A DNA stretch of 64,000 nt from positions 496,572 through 560,571 of the forward strand of contig JANBVJ010000001.1 of NCBI GenBank assembly GCA_024239055.1, given 5' to 3'. This DNA is from Patescibacteria group bacterium. GTDB lineage: Bacteria > Patescibacteriota > Minisyncoccia > Minisyncoccales > UBA10102. A program made the position numbers and the translations under genes. The first letter of the stretch is position 1. Each line of letters opens with the position of its first letter. Of this stretch, positions 35,555 to 44,869 are shown one piece after another. The notes beneath the pieces were generated by a model that saw only the letters and a list, made by a program, of their open reading frames with translations, did not search any database and was not told the origin of the DNA.

Positions 35555-37725
35555 GTAGGCCAGGATTCAATCATTATGGTTGTCTGCTTCTTTTGCAAAG
35601 GTAGTTGCTGGTAGATTTCTTCTGTAATAAAGGGCATGAAAGGATGGAGGAGTTTTAAGGAATCTCCTAATACTTTTACTAATACATACTGACGGGCTGC
35701 TCTTGTTTTTGTATTATTGAGAATTGGTTTTGAGTCTTCAATTACCTTGTCAGCATACGTATGCCAGATGTAATGGTAGAGATTTTCGGCTGCATGGGAG
35801 AAACGGAATTCATCCAATGCTTTTGTTGTCTGTTTCACTATCTTCTCAAAGTTCTTTAGTATCGCCTTGTCTTTTACACTTAGGGTTGGGCGTTTATTTT
35901 GGTTATAGTTTTTTGTTTCCAAATGCACAAATCGGGAGATATTCCAGAGTTTGTTTACAAAGTTTCTATATCCTCTAATTTTATCCTCTGATATTGCAGT
36001 ATCTTTACCCGGCATATTTCCAATAGTCAAGGCTATTCTTAAAGCATCAGTACCGTAAGTGTCAATAACGCCTAAAGGATCAATTACATTACCCTTTGAC
36101 TTTGACATCTTTTGTCTATCTTTATCGCGTACAAGCCCATGTAGGTATACATACTTAAAAGGAGCTTTCTTTGTTTGGTATATAGAAAGCATCATCATTC
36201 TAGCTACCCAGAAGAATAAGATGTCAGCTGCCGTTTCCATTACGTCAGTTGGATAGAAGGTTTTAAAGTCTTTGTGGTTAGGATACTTTAGAGTTGCAAA
36301 AGGCCACTGACTGGAAGAGAACCATGTATCAAATACATCTTCATCTTGTTTGAGATTCTTCCCTTTGCATTTACTGCAAGAGGTTGGTTTCTTCCCATCT
36401 GTCACAGTCCATTCGCCTTTTGGGCAGTCTTCGCATAGCCATGCAGGAATTGATATGCCCCACCAGTTCTGGCGTGATATATTCCAGTCTCTAATATTGT
36501 TCATCCAGTGAAAGTAAATCTTCTCGTAGTTTTTTGGAAGAATGGTAGTCTCTTTTTCTTTTACCGCCTTAATAGCTTCCTTTGCTAACGGTTTTGTCTT
36601 TACAAACCACTGGCGCATGAGCATGGGTTCAATAACATTGTTGCATTTGTAACAGAGGGCTATTGTGTGTTCATAATCTTCATCTATCTTTTCAATTAAT
36701 CCTTTGGTCTTCATGTCTTTTACAATCTTTTCTCTGGCTTCTTCAACTTTCATACCCTCATATAGTCCTGTATTTTCATTTAGTCTTCCGTCCAGGCCGA
36801 TTACCTGAAGGGGTCCTTCAATCTCTTTTTTGTGGCGTTCCCACATAGCAAAGTCATTGGCATCGTGGGCTGGTGTTACCTTTACCGCTCCCGTTCCAAA
36901 CTCAGGGTCTACCTCTTTGTCTGCAATTACTTTAAGAGTTCGTTTGCCTACAACTGTTTCTATTTTTAATTCTTTTCCAATATATTTCTTGTATCTTTTG
37001 TCATCTGGATGTACTGCAATTGCGGTATCTCCAAACTTGGTTTCAGGACGTACGGTAGCTACAACAATTGGACCGTATTTCATATAATATAGAGGGTCTT
37101 TTCTTGTCTCATGCTTTATTTCAAGATCAGCAAAGGCAGTCCTGTGTTTTGTGCAGTAGTTTACAAGACGCTCACCTCGATAGACCAATCCTTCATCTGC
37201 CATTTTCTTGAAGGTCTTGTATACCGTCTTTATGATATGCGCATCTAAAGTAAAGGTGTCTCGCGTCCAGTCGCAGGAGGCTCCGAGTTTCTTTAGCTGC
37301 TCCTTTACTGTTTTCCTGTTTTTTTGTGTATAGTCCCACACTTCCTTGTAGAACTCCTCTCTTTTCATATCAAAGCGGGATCTTCCCTGTTTTGCCAGCT
37401 TCTTTTCATATACAACCTGTGTCTCAAATCCTGCGTGGTCGGCTCCCGGCAGCCATAGAGTTTTCTTTCCCTGCATTCTATTGTAGCGAATAAGTATGTC
37501 TTCTAAGGTTACAAAGACCGCATGTCCTACGTGCAGAGGATCATTTGCATTGGGAGGCGGCATTAAGATAGTAAAAGGAGTTTTGTGTCTTTTGGGGAGT
37601 TTGTCTGGATTAAAAAACCCGCTCTTTTCCCAGAGCTTGTATATTCTATCCTCTACCTTTTTTGCCTCGTATGCCTTGTTGAGTTCTGCCATATATTGAG
37701 GTATTGTATCATACTTTAGAGGCAA
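35551..37725 (-). CDS. valS: Valyl-tRNA synthetase (short form)
   Basis: PPPNANDPLHVGHA (HIGH), WLPGADHAGFETQ and KMSKSKGN. Confidence 0.9.
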   Translation of the reverse strand: MPLKYDTIPQYMAELNKAYEAKKVEDRIYKLWEKSGFFNPDKLPKRHKTPFTILMPPPNANDPLHVGHAVFVTLEDILIRYNRMQGKKTLWLPGADHAGFETQVVYEKKLAKQGRSRFDMKREEFYKEVWDYTQKNRKTVKEQLKKLGASCDWTRDTFTLDAHIIKTVYKTFKKMADEGLVYRGERLVNYCTKHRTAFADLEIKHETRKDPLYYMKYGPIVVATVRPETKFGDTAIAVHPDDKRYKKYIGKELKIETVVGKRTLKVIADKEVDPEFGTGAVKVTPAHDANDFAMWERHKKEIEGPLQVIGLDGRLNENTGLYEGMKVEEAREKIVKDMKTKGLIEKIDEDYEHTIALCYKCNNVIEPMLMRQWFVKTKPLAKEAIKAVKEKETTILPKNYEKIYFHWMNNIRDWNISRQNWWGISIPAWLCEDCPKGEWTVTDGKKPTSCSKCKGKNLKQDEDVFDTWFSSSQWPFATLKYPNHKDFKTFYPTDVMETAADILFFWVARMMMLSIYQTKKAPFKYVYLHGLVRDKDRQKMSKSKGNVIDPLGVIDTYGTDALRIALTIGNMPGKDTAISEDKIRGYRNFVNKLWNISRFVHLETKNYNQNKRPTLSVKDKAILKNFEKIVKQTTKALDEFRFSHAAENLYHYIWHTYADKVIEDSKPILNNTKTRAARQYVLVKVLGDSLKLLHPFMPFITEEIYQQLPLQKKQTTIMIESWPT

Positions 37726-38770
37726 ACCGTAAGTTGGGTAGAGCTTTTAGTTCCTTCATATTTTTTGCAATAGCGCCTTTCTTAAAGCGATAGTATCCCG
37801 CCACACCAATCATAACAGCGTTGTCTCCACAGAGCTCTACGGGAGGAATAAAAAGAGGAATATTCTTAAATGTTTTTTGAAACTGGGCTCTTAGTTCTTT
37901 GTTTGCGATAACTCCTCCTCCAATTATGATACTCTTTGCCTGGTATTCCAAAGCCGCTCTTTTTGTCTTTTTTAACAGAACATCAATGATTGCCTGCTGT
38001 ATTTCTTTTGCCATGGCTCTTACATAGGGGAGAGTAATTGTATGTTTTTTTGCTTGGTAGAGTACAGCTGTTTTTAAACCAGAAAAGCTAAAGTCATAAT
38101 CTTTGGTGTATAGCATGGGACGGGGAAGGGATACCTTAATGTTGGAGGACTCATCTGCTTTTTTTGAAATCTCAGGGCCTCCTGGATATGGAAGTCCCAA
38201 GATGCGGGCTGTTTTGTCAAAGCATTCGCCAGCGGCATCGTCCCTAGTTTCGCCAATTAAAGAGTAGTCTCCAATAGCTTTTATTAATACGAGTTGTGTA
38301 TGGCCTCCTGAAACCGTAAGGCCAATTGCAGGAAAGATGTTCTTTGTATCCACATTGAGCAGAGAAACTAGGAGGTGTCCTTCCATATGATCTGTTGGAA
38401 TTAAGGGAATACCCCATTTAAAAGCCAATTCTGTAGCTTTATTTAAACCGGTCCACAGGCATGGTGAGAGGCCAGGTCCTATAGTTACAGCTATTGCGTC
38501 TATATCAGGTTTTGTTGTAGATAACTTGGCTTTCTTTAAAGCTTCTTTAACAACCATAGGGAGATTCTTTTCATGTTCACGCTTTGCTAGCATAGGGTAT
38601 ACGCCACCGTATTCTCGATGTAGCTCTATTTGCGAGGAGACTATATTTGAGAGTATGGTAAACTTGCCATCCTCTATATTAAGAACCGCAGCTGCTGTTT
38701 CATCACAAGATGTTTCAATTCCTAGTATCTTCATACTATGTGTTGTATCCTTTTCCTTGATTTTTTGCAA
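37709..38770 (-). CDS. tsaD: tRNA N6-adenosine threonylcarbamoyltransferase TsaD
   Basis: ILGIETSCDETAAAV, the HMEGHLL metal site and VSGGHTQL. The probable true start is the ATG at 38734. Confidence 0.9.
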   Translation of the reverse strand: MQKIKEKDTTHSMKILGIETSCDETAAAVLNIEDGKFTILSNIVSSQIELHREYGGVYPMLAKREHEKNLPMVVKEALKKAKLSTTKPDIDAIAVTIGPGLSPCLWTGLNKATELAFKWGIPLIPTDHMEGHLLVSLLNVDTKNIFPAIGLTVSGGHTQLVLIKAIGDYSLIGETRDDAAGECFDKTARILGLPYPGGPEISKKADESSNIKVSLPRPMLYTKDYDFSFSGLKTAVLYQAKKHTITLPYVRAMAKEIQQAIIDVLLKKTKRAALEYQAKSIIIGGGVIANKELRAQFQKTFKNIPLFIPPVELCGDNAVMIGVAGYYRFKKGAIAKNMKELKALPNLRFASKV

Positions 38771-38797
38771 TTTTTAGGTACAATATGGAGCAATTAA

Positions 38798-38871
38798 GGT
38801 CCCGTCGTCTAGCCCGGTTAGGACGCCTGGTTTTCATCCAGGTAACAGGGGTTCAAATCCCCTCGGGACCG
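38798..38871 (+). tRNA. tRNA-Glu (anticodon TTC)
   Basis: Acceptor GGTCCCG/CGGGACC and anticodon arm CCTGG-TTTTCAT-CCAGG. Confidence 0.9.
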
Positions 38872-38877
38872 CTTAAT

Positions 38878-40458
38878 ATGTCGCAAAATACATATCTCAC
38901 CATAGGCAGAGCATCAGATATTCAAGACCCTGGAGATAGGGTACTATTTCGTTTTTTTGAGATGCTACCCGGTATTCTTTCATGGACTACAATTATTGGT
39001 GCTGTAGTTTTTTCTTGGTTATTTCCACAATGGACCGCGTTCTTTATTATCGCTTTTGTCATGTACTGGCTTTTGCGTACGGTATATTTTTCCTTTCATT
39101 TAAGGTCAGGATACAAGAAGATGCGAGAGAATGAGAATATTGATTGGATAGCAAGACTAAATGATTTAAAAGAGTATCAAGTTGATATTACTTCATGGAG
39201 AGATCTCTACCACTTAGTTATTATCCCAACCTATAAAGAATCCTATGAGGTAGTTGCTCAAAGTATTCGTTCTTTAAAATCCGCAAATTATCCTTCCGAC
39301 CGTCTTATAGTGATTTTGGCAATTGAAGAAAGAGAGGGAGAAGATGGAATTCAGAAAGCAGAGCGCTTAAAGAAAGAATTTCAAGGAGTCTTTAATGAGT
39401 TTCTTGTAACTATTCATCCAGATGGAGTTGCAGGTGAGATTGCGGGAAAGGGGGCTAACGAAGCCTGGGCTGGGCCTAAAGCTCAGGAACTAATTGATCA
39501 AAAGAAGATTCCATACGAAAGAGTTATTGTAACTTCTTTGGATGCAGATACCGTAGTGTATCCTGAATACTTTGGATGTTTAAGTTATTACTATCTTACG
39601 ACTGAAGATCCTCAAAGAACTTCTTTCCAGCCAATTCCTTTGTTTTTAAATAACATATGGCAGGCAAATCCTATTTCAAAGATATTTTCTTTTGCTTCTA
39701 CCTTCTGGCATACCATGAATCAGGAACGTCCAGAAAAGCTTGTTACCTTCTCCACTCATGCAATGTCGTTTCAGGCTTTAGTAGACGTGGGATTTAAACT
39801 TCCAAATGTTGTGTCTGATGATTCCCGCATCTTTTGGCAGTGTTTCTTATACTATGACGGGGATTATAAGGTACAGCCTATTTATTATCCTATTTCTATG
39901 GATGCGAACGCAGCTCCCAATTTTCTTTTAACTCTGCGCAATATGTATCTTCAGCAGAGGAGATGGGCATATGGGGTTGGAGAGATTCCTTATTTTCTAT
40001 TTGGTTTTGTAAAGAATAAGAAGATACCAATGAAAAAAAAGATTGTAATGACATTTGAGCTTTTGGAAAGCCATTGGTCATGGGCTACTTCTTCATTTTT
40101 AATCTTTATACTGGGATGGCTTCCATTGTTCTTGGGGGGAGAGGTATTTGCCGACACCTTGCTTTCCTATAGCCTTCCTCGTTTTATCTCTGGAATGATG
40201 ACAATATCCATGGTTGGAATCATTGGTTCGGTCTTTTTAAGCATTAATTTACTTCCTGAAACAAAGCCAAAGTATGGCAGAGGCAAGCTTGTTGTTTTTG
40301 CCTTACAATGGGTATTCCTTCCGTTCTTGATGATATTCTTTACTGCTCTTCCTGCATTAGATGCCCAAACCAGATGGATGTTCGGAAAGTATATGGGATT
40401 CTGGGTAACTCCAAAGTTCAGAAAAGATGAGGCTACTCCAAGTGCAACTTCTCTCTAA
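38878..40458 (+). CDS. Membrane-embedded family-2 glycosyltransferase, processive-synthase type
   Basis: The ATG at 38878 follows the tRNA. It has N- and C-terminal TM bundles and the GT2 motifs VIIPTYKE, SLDADT and QQRRWAYG (QxxRW). Confidence 0.75.
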   Translation: MSQNTYLTIGRASDIQDPGDRVLFRFFEMLPGILSWTTIIGAVVFSWLFPQWTAFFIIAFVMYWLLRTVYFSFHLRSGYKKMRENENIDWIARLNDLKEYQVDITSWRDLYHLVIIPTYKESYEVVAQSIRSLKSANYPSDRLIVILAIEEREGEDGIQKAERLKKEFQGVFNEFLVTIHPDGVAGEIAGKGANEAWAGPKAQELIDQKKIPYERVIVTSLDADTVVYPEYFGCLSYYYLTTEDPQRTSFQPIPLFLNNIWQANPISKIFSFASTFWHTMNQERPEKLVTFSTHAMSFQALVDVGFKLPNVVSDDSRIFWQCFLYYDGDYKVQPIYYPISMDANAAPNFLLTLRNMYLQQRRWAYGVGEIPYFLFGFVKNKKIPMKKKIVMTFELLESHWSWATSSFLIFILGWLPLFLGGEVFADTLLSYSLPRFISGMMTISMVGIIGSVFLSINLLPETKPKYGRGKLVVFALQWVFLPFLMIFFTALPALDAQTRWMFGKYMGFWVTPKFRKDEATPSATSL

Positions 40459-42529
40459 GTTCTTCCATACGTTTTTTTAGGATTGGATGTTTTTTTAACT
40501 CCAGGTCTTTTTCTAGTATTTCGTTGGCCGCTTCCTTTGCCTCCTCGACAAGCTGAAGGTTGAGTAACTGCTCCATTGCAAAATCTGGCACTCCCCATTG
40601 TTTTAGTCCAGTAAAATCTCCAGGTCCACGTATCTTTAGATCCTGTTCTGCTAACTCAAAGCCAGAAGTCGAGGTTGCCAATGCCTGCAGTCTTTTACGT
40701 GTAGTTTCAGAATTTGAATCAGTGAACAGAAAGCAGTAGGATTGATGTTCAGCTCTTCCTACTCGTCCACGAAACTGATGAAGTTGGGCTAATCCAAAGT
40801 GTTCTACTCCTTCAATAAACATGACGGAAGCGTTTGGAATGTCTATTCCAACTTCCACAACAGAGGTTGAGACAAGTACGTCCGTTGTACCTCTCTTGAA
40901 CTTCTGCATTACAACTTCCTTTTCTTTGGTAGTCATTTTTCCGTGAAGCATGTCTACGTTGTAATCAGGAAAGATTTCTTCCTCCAACTTCTTATGCTCT
41001 TCTTGCACTGTCCTTATTATTTTTCCATCTTCCGTCTCCTTATCACTTTTGGCCTCAATCCTAGGACATATAACAAAGACCTGTCGCCCTTTTTCTATCT
41101 CTTTTGCCATAAACTTATATGCGTTCTCTCGTTCTCTGGGAGGAATAATGCTGGTTTTAACCTTCTTTCTTCCTTTTGGAAGTTCGTCTAATACCGTTAA
41201 GTCCAAGTCTCCGTAAATTGAGAGGGCTAGGGTACGAGGAATTGGGGTAGCAGTCATTGAAAGTAAATGCGGAATGAGAGTGGTCTTATGTAAGAGCTTT
41301 GCCCTTTGGCGCACCCCAAAGCGATGTTGTTCGTCTACAATAACTAGAGCCAAGTCTGAAAACTTTACTTGATCTTGAATAATAGCATGGGTTCCAATAA
41401 GTAAGTTAATACTTCCGTCCTTTGCACGTTCTAAAAGCTTCCTGCGAGATATTTCAATAACATCTTTGGGAAGTTTTTTTGATATGAACTTATCTTCCTT
41501 TCCTGTAAGGAGACCAATATCCATTCGAAAAGGAGATAGGAGTTGTCCTAAGGATTTAAAGTGTTGTTTTGCTAAAATCTCAGTAGGGGCGAGAAGGGCC
41601 ACCTGATATCCCTCTCTTATCGTAGCTAAAGCTGCAATGGCGGCCACAATAGTTTTACCAGACCCCACATCTCCTTCAAGAAGTCTATTCATTGGACGAG
41701 GTTTTTCAATATCTTTTAATATCTGCCATGTAGCTTTTCTTTGGGCGTCTGTAAGTTTATATGGAAGTTTGCTTAGTAGTCTTTTTACCAAATCAATTGA
41801 TAGTGGAACCGGAATTGCCTTTACTTTAGCTAGTCTTTTACGCTCAGTTAAGACAAAGAGCATAATTTGAAAGAGTTCTTCAAAAGCAAAGCGTTTCTTG
41901 GCTTCCTTTGCCTGCTGTTTGGAATCTGGGAAATGAGCTTGTTTTAATGCCTCTTGAAACTCTAGGATGTCTCGCTTCTTGAGTATTTCCTTTGGCAGAG
42001 TTTCAGGGAGTGAATCTAACTGGTCTAAGATTGTCTTTACCATCTGACGTATCCATCTGGAAGATATTCCTGAGGTTTCCGGGTATATAGATACTAGGCG
42101 TCCGACATGAATGTGCTCTTCCTGTTCTGTTTTTTCGTATGAAGGATTAGATAAGGTAATCCCAGTTTTATTGCGTATTACCTTTCCAACAAATAAAGCT
42201 TCATCGTCTTTCTGAAGATTAGTTGTAATATATGGTTGGTTAAACCAAATTAGTTTTAGGGATCCGGTTTTGTCTTCTATAACAGCTTGTGTAATAGACA
42301 TTCTTCTTTGCCATATTCTTTTTAACTTTATGTCTAGTATTCTTCCTTTAATACAATAAGTCTGCCCCTCCCTTACCTTATTAATAGAGGTTATCTTTGA
42401 GAAGTCCTGATATTCTTTTGGGAAATGAAAAAGAAGATCACGTGTTGTGGTGATTCCTAGTTTCTTCAATCTTTTTTCATATATTGGCCCTACCCCGGGC
42501 AGGCGTGTAATTGGAGTGGAAAGATTCAT
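40433..42529 (-). CDS. recG: ATP-dependent DNA helicase RecG
   Basis: The ATG at 42529 gives MNLSTPITRLPGVGP. It has a wedge domain plus helicase motifs (GDVGSGKT, DEQHRFG, SMTATPIPRT, QLHQFRGRVGR). The listed ORF extends into a tRNA. Confidence 0.9.
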   Translation of the reverse strand: MNLSTPITRLPGVGPIYEKRLKKLGITTTRDLLFHFPKEYQDFSKITSINKVREGQTYCIKGRILDIKLKRIWQRRMSITQAVIEDKTGSLKLIWFNQPYITTNLQKDDEALFVGKVIRNKTGITLSNPSYEKTEQEEHIHVGRLVSIYPETSGISSRWIRQMVKTILDQLDSLPETLPKEILKKRDILEFQEALKQAHFPDSKQQAKEAKKRFAFEELFQIMLFVLTERKRLAKVKAIPVPLSIDLVKRLLSKLPYKLTDAQRKATWQILKDIEKPRPMNRLLEGDVGSGKTIVAAIAALATIREGYQVALLAPTEILAKQHFKSLGQLLSPFRMDIGLLTGKEDKFISKKLPKDVIEISRRKLLERAKDGSINLLIGTHAIIQDQVKFSDLALVIVDEQHRFGVRQRAKLLHKTTLIPHLLSMTATPIPRTLALSIYGDLDLTVLDELPKGRKKVKTSIIPPRERENAYKFMAKEIEKGRQVFVICPRIEAKSDKETEDGKIIRTVQEEHKKLEEEIFPDYNVDMLHGKMTTKEKEVVMQKFKRGTTDVLVSTSVVEVGIDIPNASVMFIEGVEHFGLAQLHQFRGRVGRAEHQSYCFLFTDSNSETTRKRLQALATSTSGFELAEQDLKIRGPGDFTGLKQWGVPDFAMEQLLNLQLVEEAKEAANEILEKDLELKKHPILKKRMEELREKLHLE

Positions 42530-42531
42530 TG

Positions 42532-42604
42532 TATCCCCGGCAGGATTTGAACCTGCGGCCTCTTGGTCCGCAACCAAGCGCTCTATCCGCTGAGCTACGG
42601 GGAC
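42532..42604 (-). tRNA. tRNA-Arg (anticodon GCG)
   Basis: Minus-strand acceptor GTCCCCG/CGGGGAT and anticodon arm CTTGG-TTGCGGA-CCAAG. Confidence 0.85.
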
Positions 42605-42681
42605 ATATCAGTAGTCTAGCTGTATTTCTTTGGAATTTCAAGCTTGATTTTCCTCTATTTCTCCGTATAATATGCTTTATA

Positions 42682-42771
42682 GGAGAGGTGGCTGAGCGGC
42701 TGAAAGCAGCACACTGCTAATGTGCTAGGGGAGAAATCCTCTCGTGGGTTCGAATCCCACCCTCTCCGCCA
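42682..42771 (+). tRNA. tRNA-Ser (anticodon GCT), CCA encoded
   Basis: Acceptor GGAGAGG/CCTCTCC, G73, a long variable arm and anticodon arm GCACA-CTGCTAA-TGTGC. Confidence 0.9.
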
Positions 42772-42774
42772 TAC

Positions 42775-42859
42775 GGAGGAGTTGAGCAACGGTGGCTCTC
42801 TTGTCTTGAAAACAAGCGCCAGAAATGGCATGTGGGTTCGAATCCCTCCTCCTCCGCCA
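42775..42859 (+). tRNA. tRNA-Ser (anticodon TGA), CCA encoded
   Basis: Acceptor GGAGGAG/CTCCTCC, G73, a long variable arm and anticodon arm CTTGT-CTTGAAA-ACAAG. Confidence 0.85.
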
Positions 42860-42860
42860 A

Positions 42861-43505
42861 TTATTTTATCCCTGCAACAATCTGGGCGAGTCCTTTAAAG
42901 AAGGTTCGCTTTTTTGTTTGAGTAAATCCTATTTGTGAGAGTTCTTCTTGTAAGGGTTCAGTAAATATCCCCCAAGCTTCTTTGTTCTCTACTAAAAAGA
43001 ACTGAATATATATAGGAAGGCGAAAGAGAGGGAATTGAGGCATATGGTATTCATATATAATAAATACACCTCCTTTTTTTAAGAGACGGTATGCTTCTTT
43101 CATAACCAAAAGTCGTTGCGTATGTGGAAGGTCGTGAATGGCAAAGCTTATTATTACCGTATCTGCTATGTTTGACGAATATGAGGTATGAACCGCATCT
43201 TGAAGGGATATCTCAATTTCAATATTTTGTTTTACGGCTTTTCTTTGTATTTGTTTCAACATACCCTCAGATAGGTCAGAAGCCAAAACACGAGAGTTAG
43301 GATACTCTTTCTTTAATAAAAGAGCTGCCTCTCCTGTTCCGCAGGCCAAATCAATGATTATCTTTGGGTTTTTAGGAATGAATTGAAGTATTTTTCTTCT
43401 TAGTGCTTTTGTATTTCCTAGTACTCCAATTGAAACCCATAGGTCATACATGGGTGGTAGCCATCTTGATACAAAGAGTCCTCTGTAATATGTAGGTTTT
43501 TTCAC
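42861..43505 (-). CDS. Class I SAM-dependent methyltransferase
   Basis: Motif I IIDLACGTGEAA, followed by the VLASDLS and ISFAIHDL motifs. Confidence 0.75.
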   Translation of the reverse strand: MKKPTYYRGLFVSRWLPPMYDLWVSIGVLGNTKALRRKILQFIPKNPKIIIDLACGTGEAALLLKKEYPNSRVLASDLSEGMLKQIQRKAVKQNIEIEISLQDAVHTSYSSNIADTVIISFAIHDLPHTQRLLVMKEAYRLLKKGGVFIIYEYHMPQFPLFRLPIYIQFFLVENKEAWGIFTEPLQEELSQIGFTQTKKRTFFKGLAQIVAGIK

Positions 43506-43578
43506 AAGTGTTTTTATATTTTGGAATTAATTTATATTTATAGAGATAATTATAAAAAAGTTTTGTCTAAATAATATA

Positions 43579-44553
43579 TTAATTCTTTGTAGAGTTTTCA
43601 ATGTATTTTTTGTAATTAATAAGTGATTTTCGTCTTTTTTTAATATATATTTTTTGATTTAGTATTAATGAGCGCTTTAATTTATTTTTTGTTCTATCGA
43701 TTTTCGATTTTGTTTTTCCACCAATAGATAATCTGTTTCTATACATTTTTAATCCTAGATGTTCCATACCTTCTTCATGAGATATTATATCTTTTTTGGA
43801 ATCATTTAGAGGAAGTCCTTGATTTTTATCTATTAAGAATAATTGTTTAATTTCATCATAAAGTTTTTCCATCTGAGCTTTTGAAACTCTACTTGCAGTT
43901 ATACCTATGTCATCTACATAAATTGCTATGCGTGGATCTTTGCCTTTCAAACGTTTTTTTACAAGTTGATCAAGTTTTAAAAAGATATCAAGATTACACC
44001 ATATGGCTAGTCGTGATGATGTAGCAAATCCACGTGCTATTGTTTTTTGCGTATTAGGATTTTCTTTTGGACCAATTGGAACACAACAAAATTTTGCTAG
44101 TAATCTAGCTCCTGTTTCACTACACTCACATTTGTTTCTAAAAAAATGATATACTCTTTCTTCACTAATTTGTTCAAAAAAATGGGTTATATCTAATTTC
44201 AATATAGTCCGTTCTCTTTTTACGCCAAGTAAATGTTTTACAGCTTTTGTGTGATTTAATTTTTTAACACCTCCAAAAATAAAATTAGGGAGCATCTTAT
44301 CATGAGGAGCTAGAACAGTTTTATTTATATTATCTAATAATCTACCTAATGGAGTTCTTTTTGCACTTCGGACATATTTTTCTTTTTCTGGCTCTGATTG
44401 GCTTTTATTATCTCTCCAATAATTATCGAAGTTTTTTATAACATCATTTATTAATACTAGTACATCTTCTTTTGGGAATTTAGTATGACTTAGATGTTTT
44501 GCTAATTCATTTTTGCTTCGTATATAAAGTCTTGGATATCGTCTATTTTCCAT
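43579..44553 (-). CDS. Reverse transcriptase, small retron-like / defence-type RT
   Basis: 324 aa with RT motifs FIFGGVKKLNHTKAVKHLLG, ILKLDITHFFEQIS (motif A Asp), IARGFATSSRLAIWCN, IAIYVDDIGITAS (YxDD) and GLPLNDSKK...EHLGLKM. It has no maturase or endonuclease domains. The gene is very AT-rich. Confidence 0.8.
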   Translation of the reverse strand: MENRRYPRLYIRSKNELAKHLSHTKFPKEDVLVLINDVIKNFDNYWRDNKSQSEPEKEKYVRSAKRTPLGRLLDNINKTVLAPHDKMLPNFIFGGVKKLNHTKAVKHLLGVKRERTILKLDITHFFEQISEERVYHFFRNKCECSETGARLLAKFCCVPIGPKENPNTQKTIARGFATSSRLAIWCNLDIFLKLDQLVKKRLKGKDPRIAIYVDDIGITASRVSKAQMEKLYDEIKQLFLIDKNQGLPLNDSKKDIISHEEGMEHLGLKMYRNRLSIGGKTKSKIDRTKNKLKRSLILNQKIYIKKRRKSLINYKKYIENSTKN

Positions 44554-44869
44554 CTTGTTTCAAAAGTTTTGCACGATTCTTAATTAAATGTTCCTGTAGT
44601 TTTTCACCAAACTCAATAAGCCTTTTTTCTATTTTTGAGAGATTTTGTTCGGATTCGTTTTTATTATAATAAAGAAAAGGAGTAATTGATGATGGATGTA
44701 TTTTTAAGCTTTCAGCAATTTTTGTGATTAAATTTTTCGATACATCTTTTTGGCCTGTTTCTACCATAGCAATAAGTACAGTAGAAACACCGATAGCTTT
44801 TGCAAATTCAGCTTGTGTCAGTCCAGCCTCATTTCTTATTTCTTTTAATAATTCTGGGAAAGTATACAT
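44543..44869 (-). CDS. XRE-family helix-turn-helix protein
   Basis: LKEIRNEAGLTQAEFAKAIGVSTVLIAMVETGQKDVSKNLITKIAESL is a canonical XRE HTH. Its stop overlaps the RT start by 11 nt (ATGGAAAATAG). Confidence 0.85.
   Translation of the reverse strand: MYTFPELLKEIRNEAGLTQAEFAKAIGVSTVLIAMVETGQKDVSKNLITKIAESLKIHPSSITPFLYYNKNESEQNLSKIEKRLIEFGEKLQEHLIKNRAKLLKQDGK

Noticed and set aside
38785-38877. First 31 codons of the listed ORF 38785..40458
   Set aside because: They are read-through of tRNA-Glu. The glycosyltransferase starts at ATG 38878.
42530-42577. First 16 codons of the listed recG ORF
   Set aside because: They overlap tRNA-Arg(GCG) on the same strand. The ATG at 42529 gives the conserved RecG N-terminus.
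43579-44553. Group II intron-encoded RT
   Set aside because: The ORF is only 324 aa, has no maturase (X) or endonuclease domains, and is not embedded in intron RNA domains. It is preceded by an overlapping HTH gene instead.
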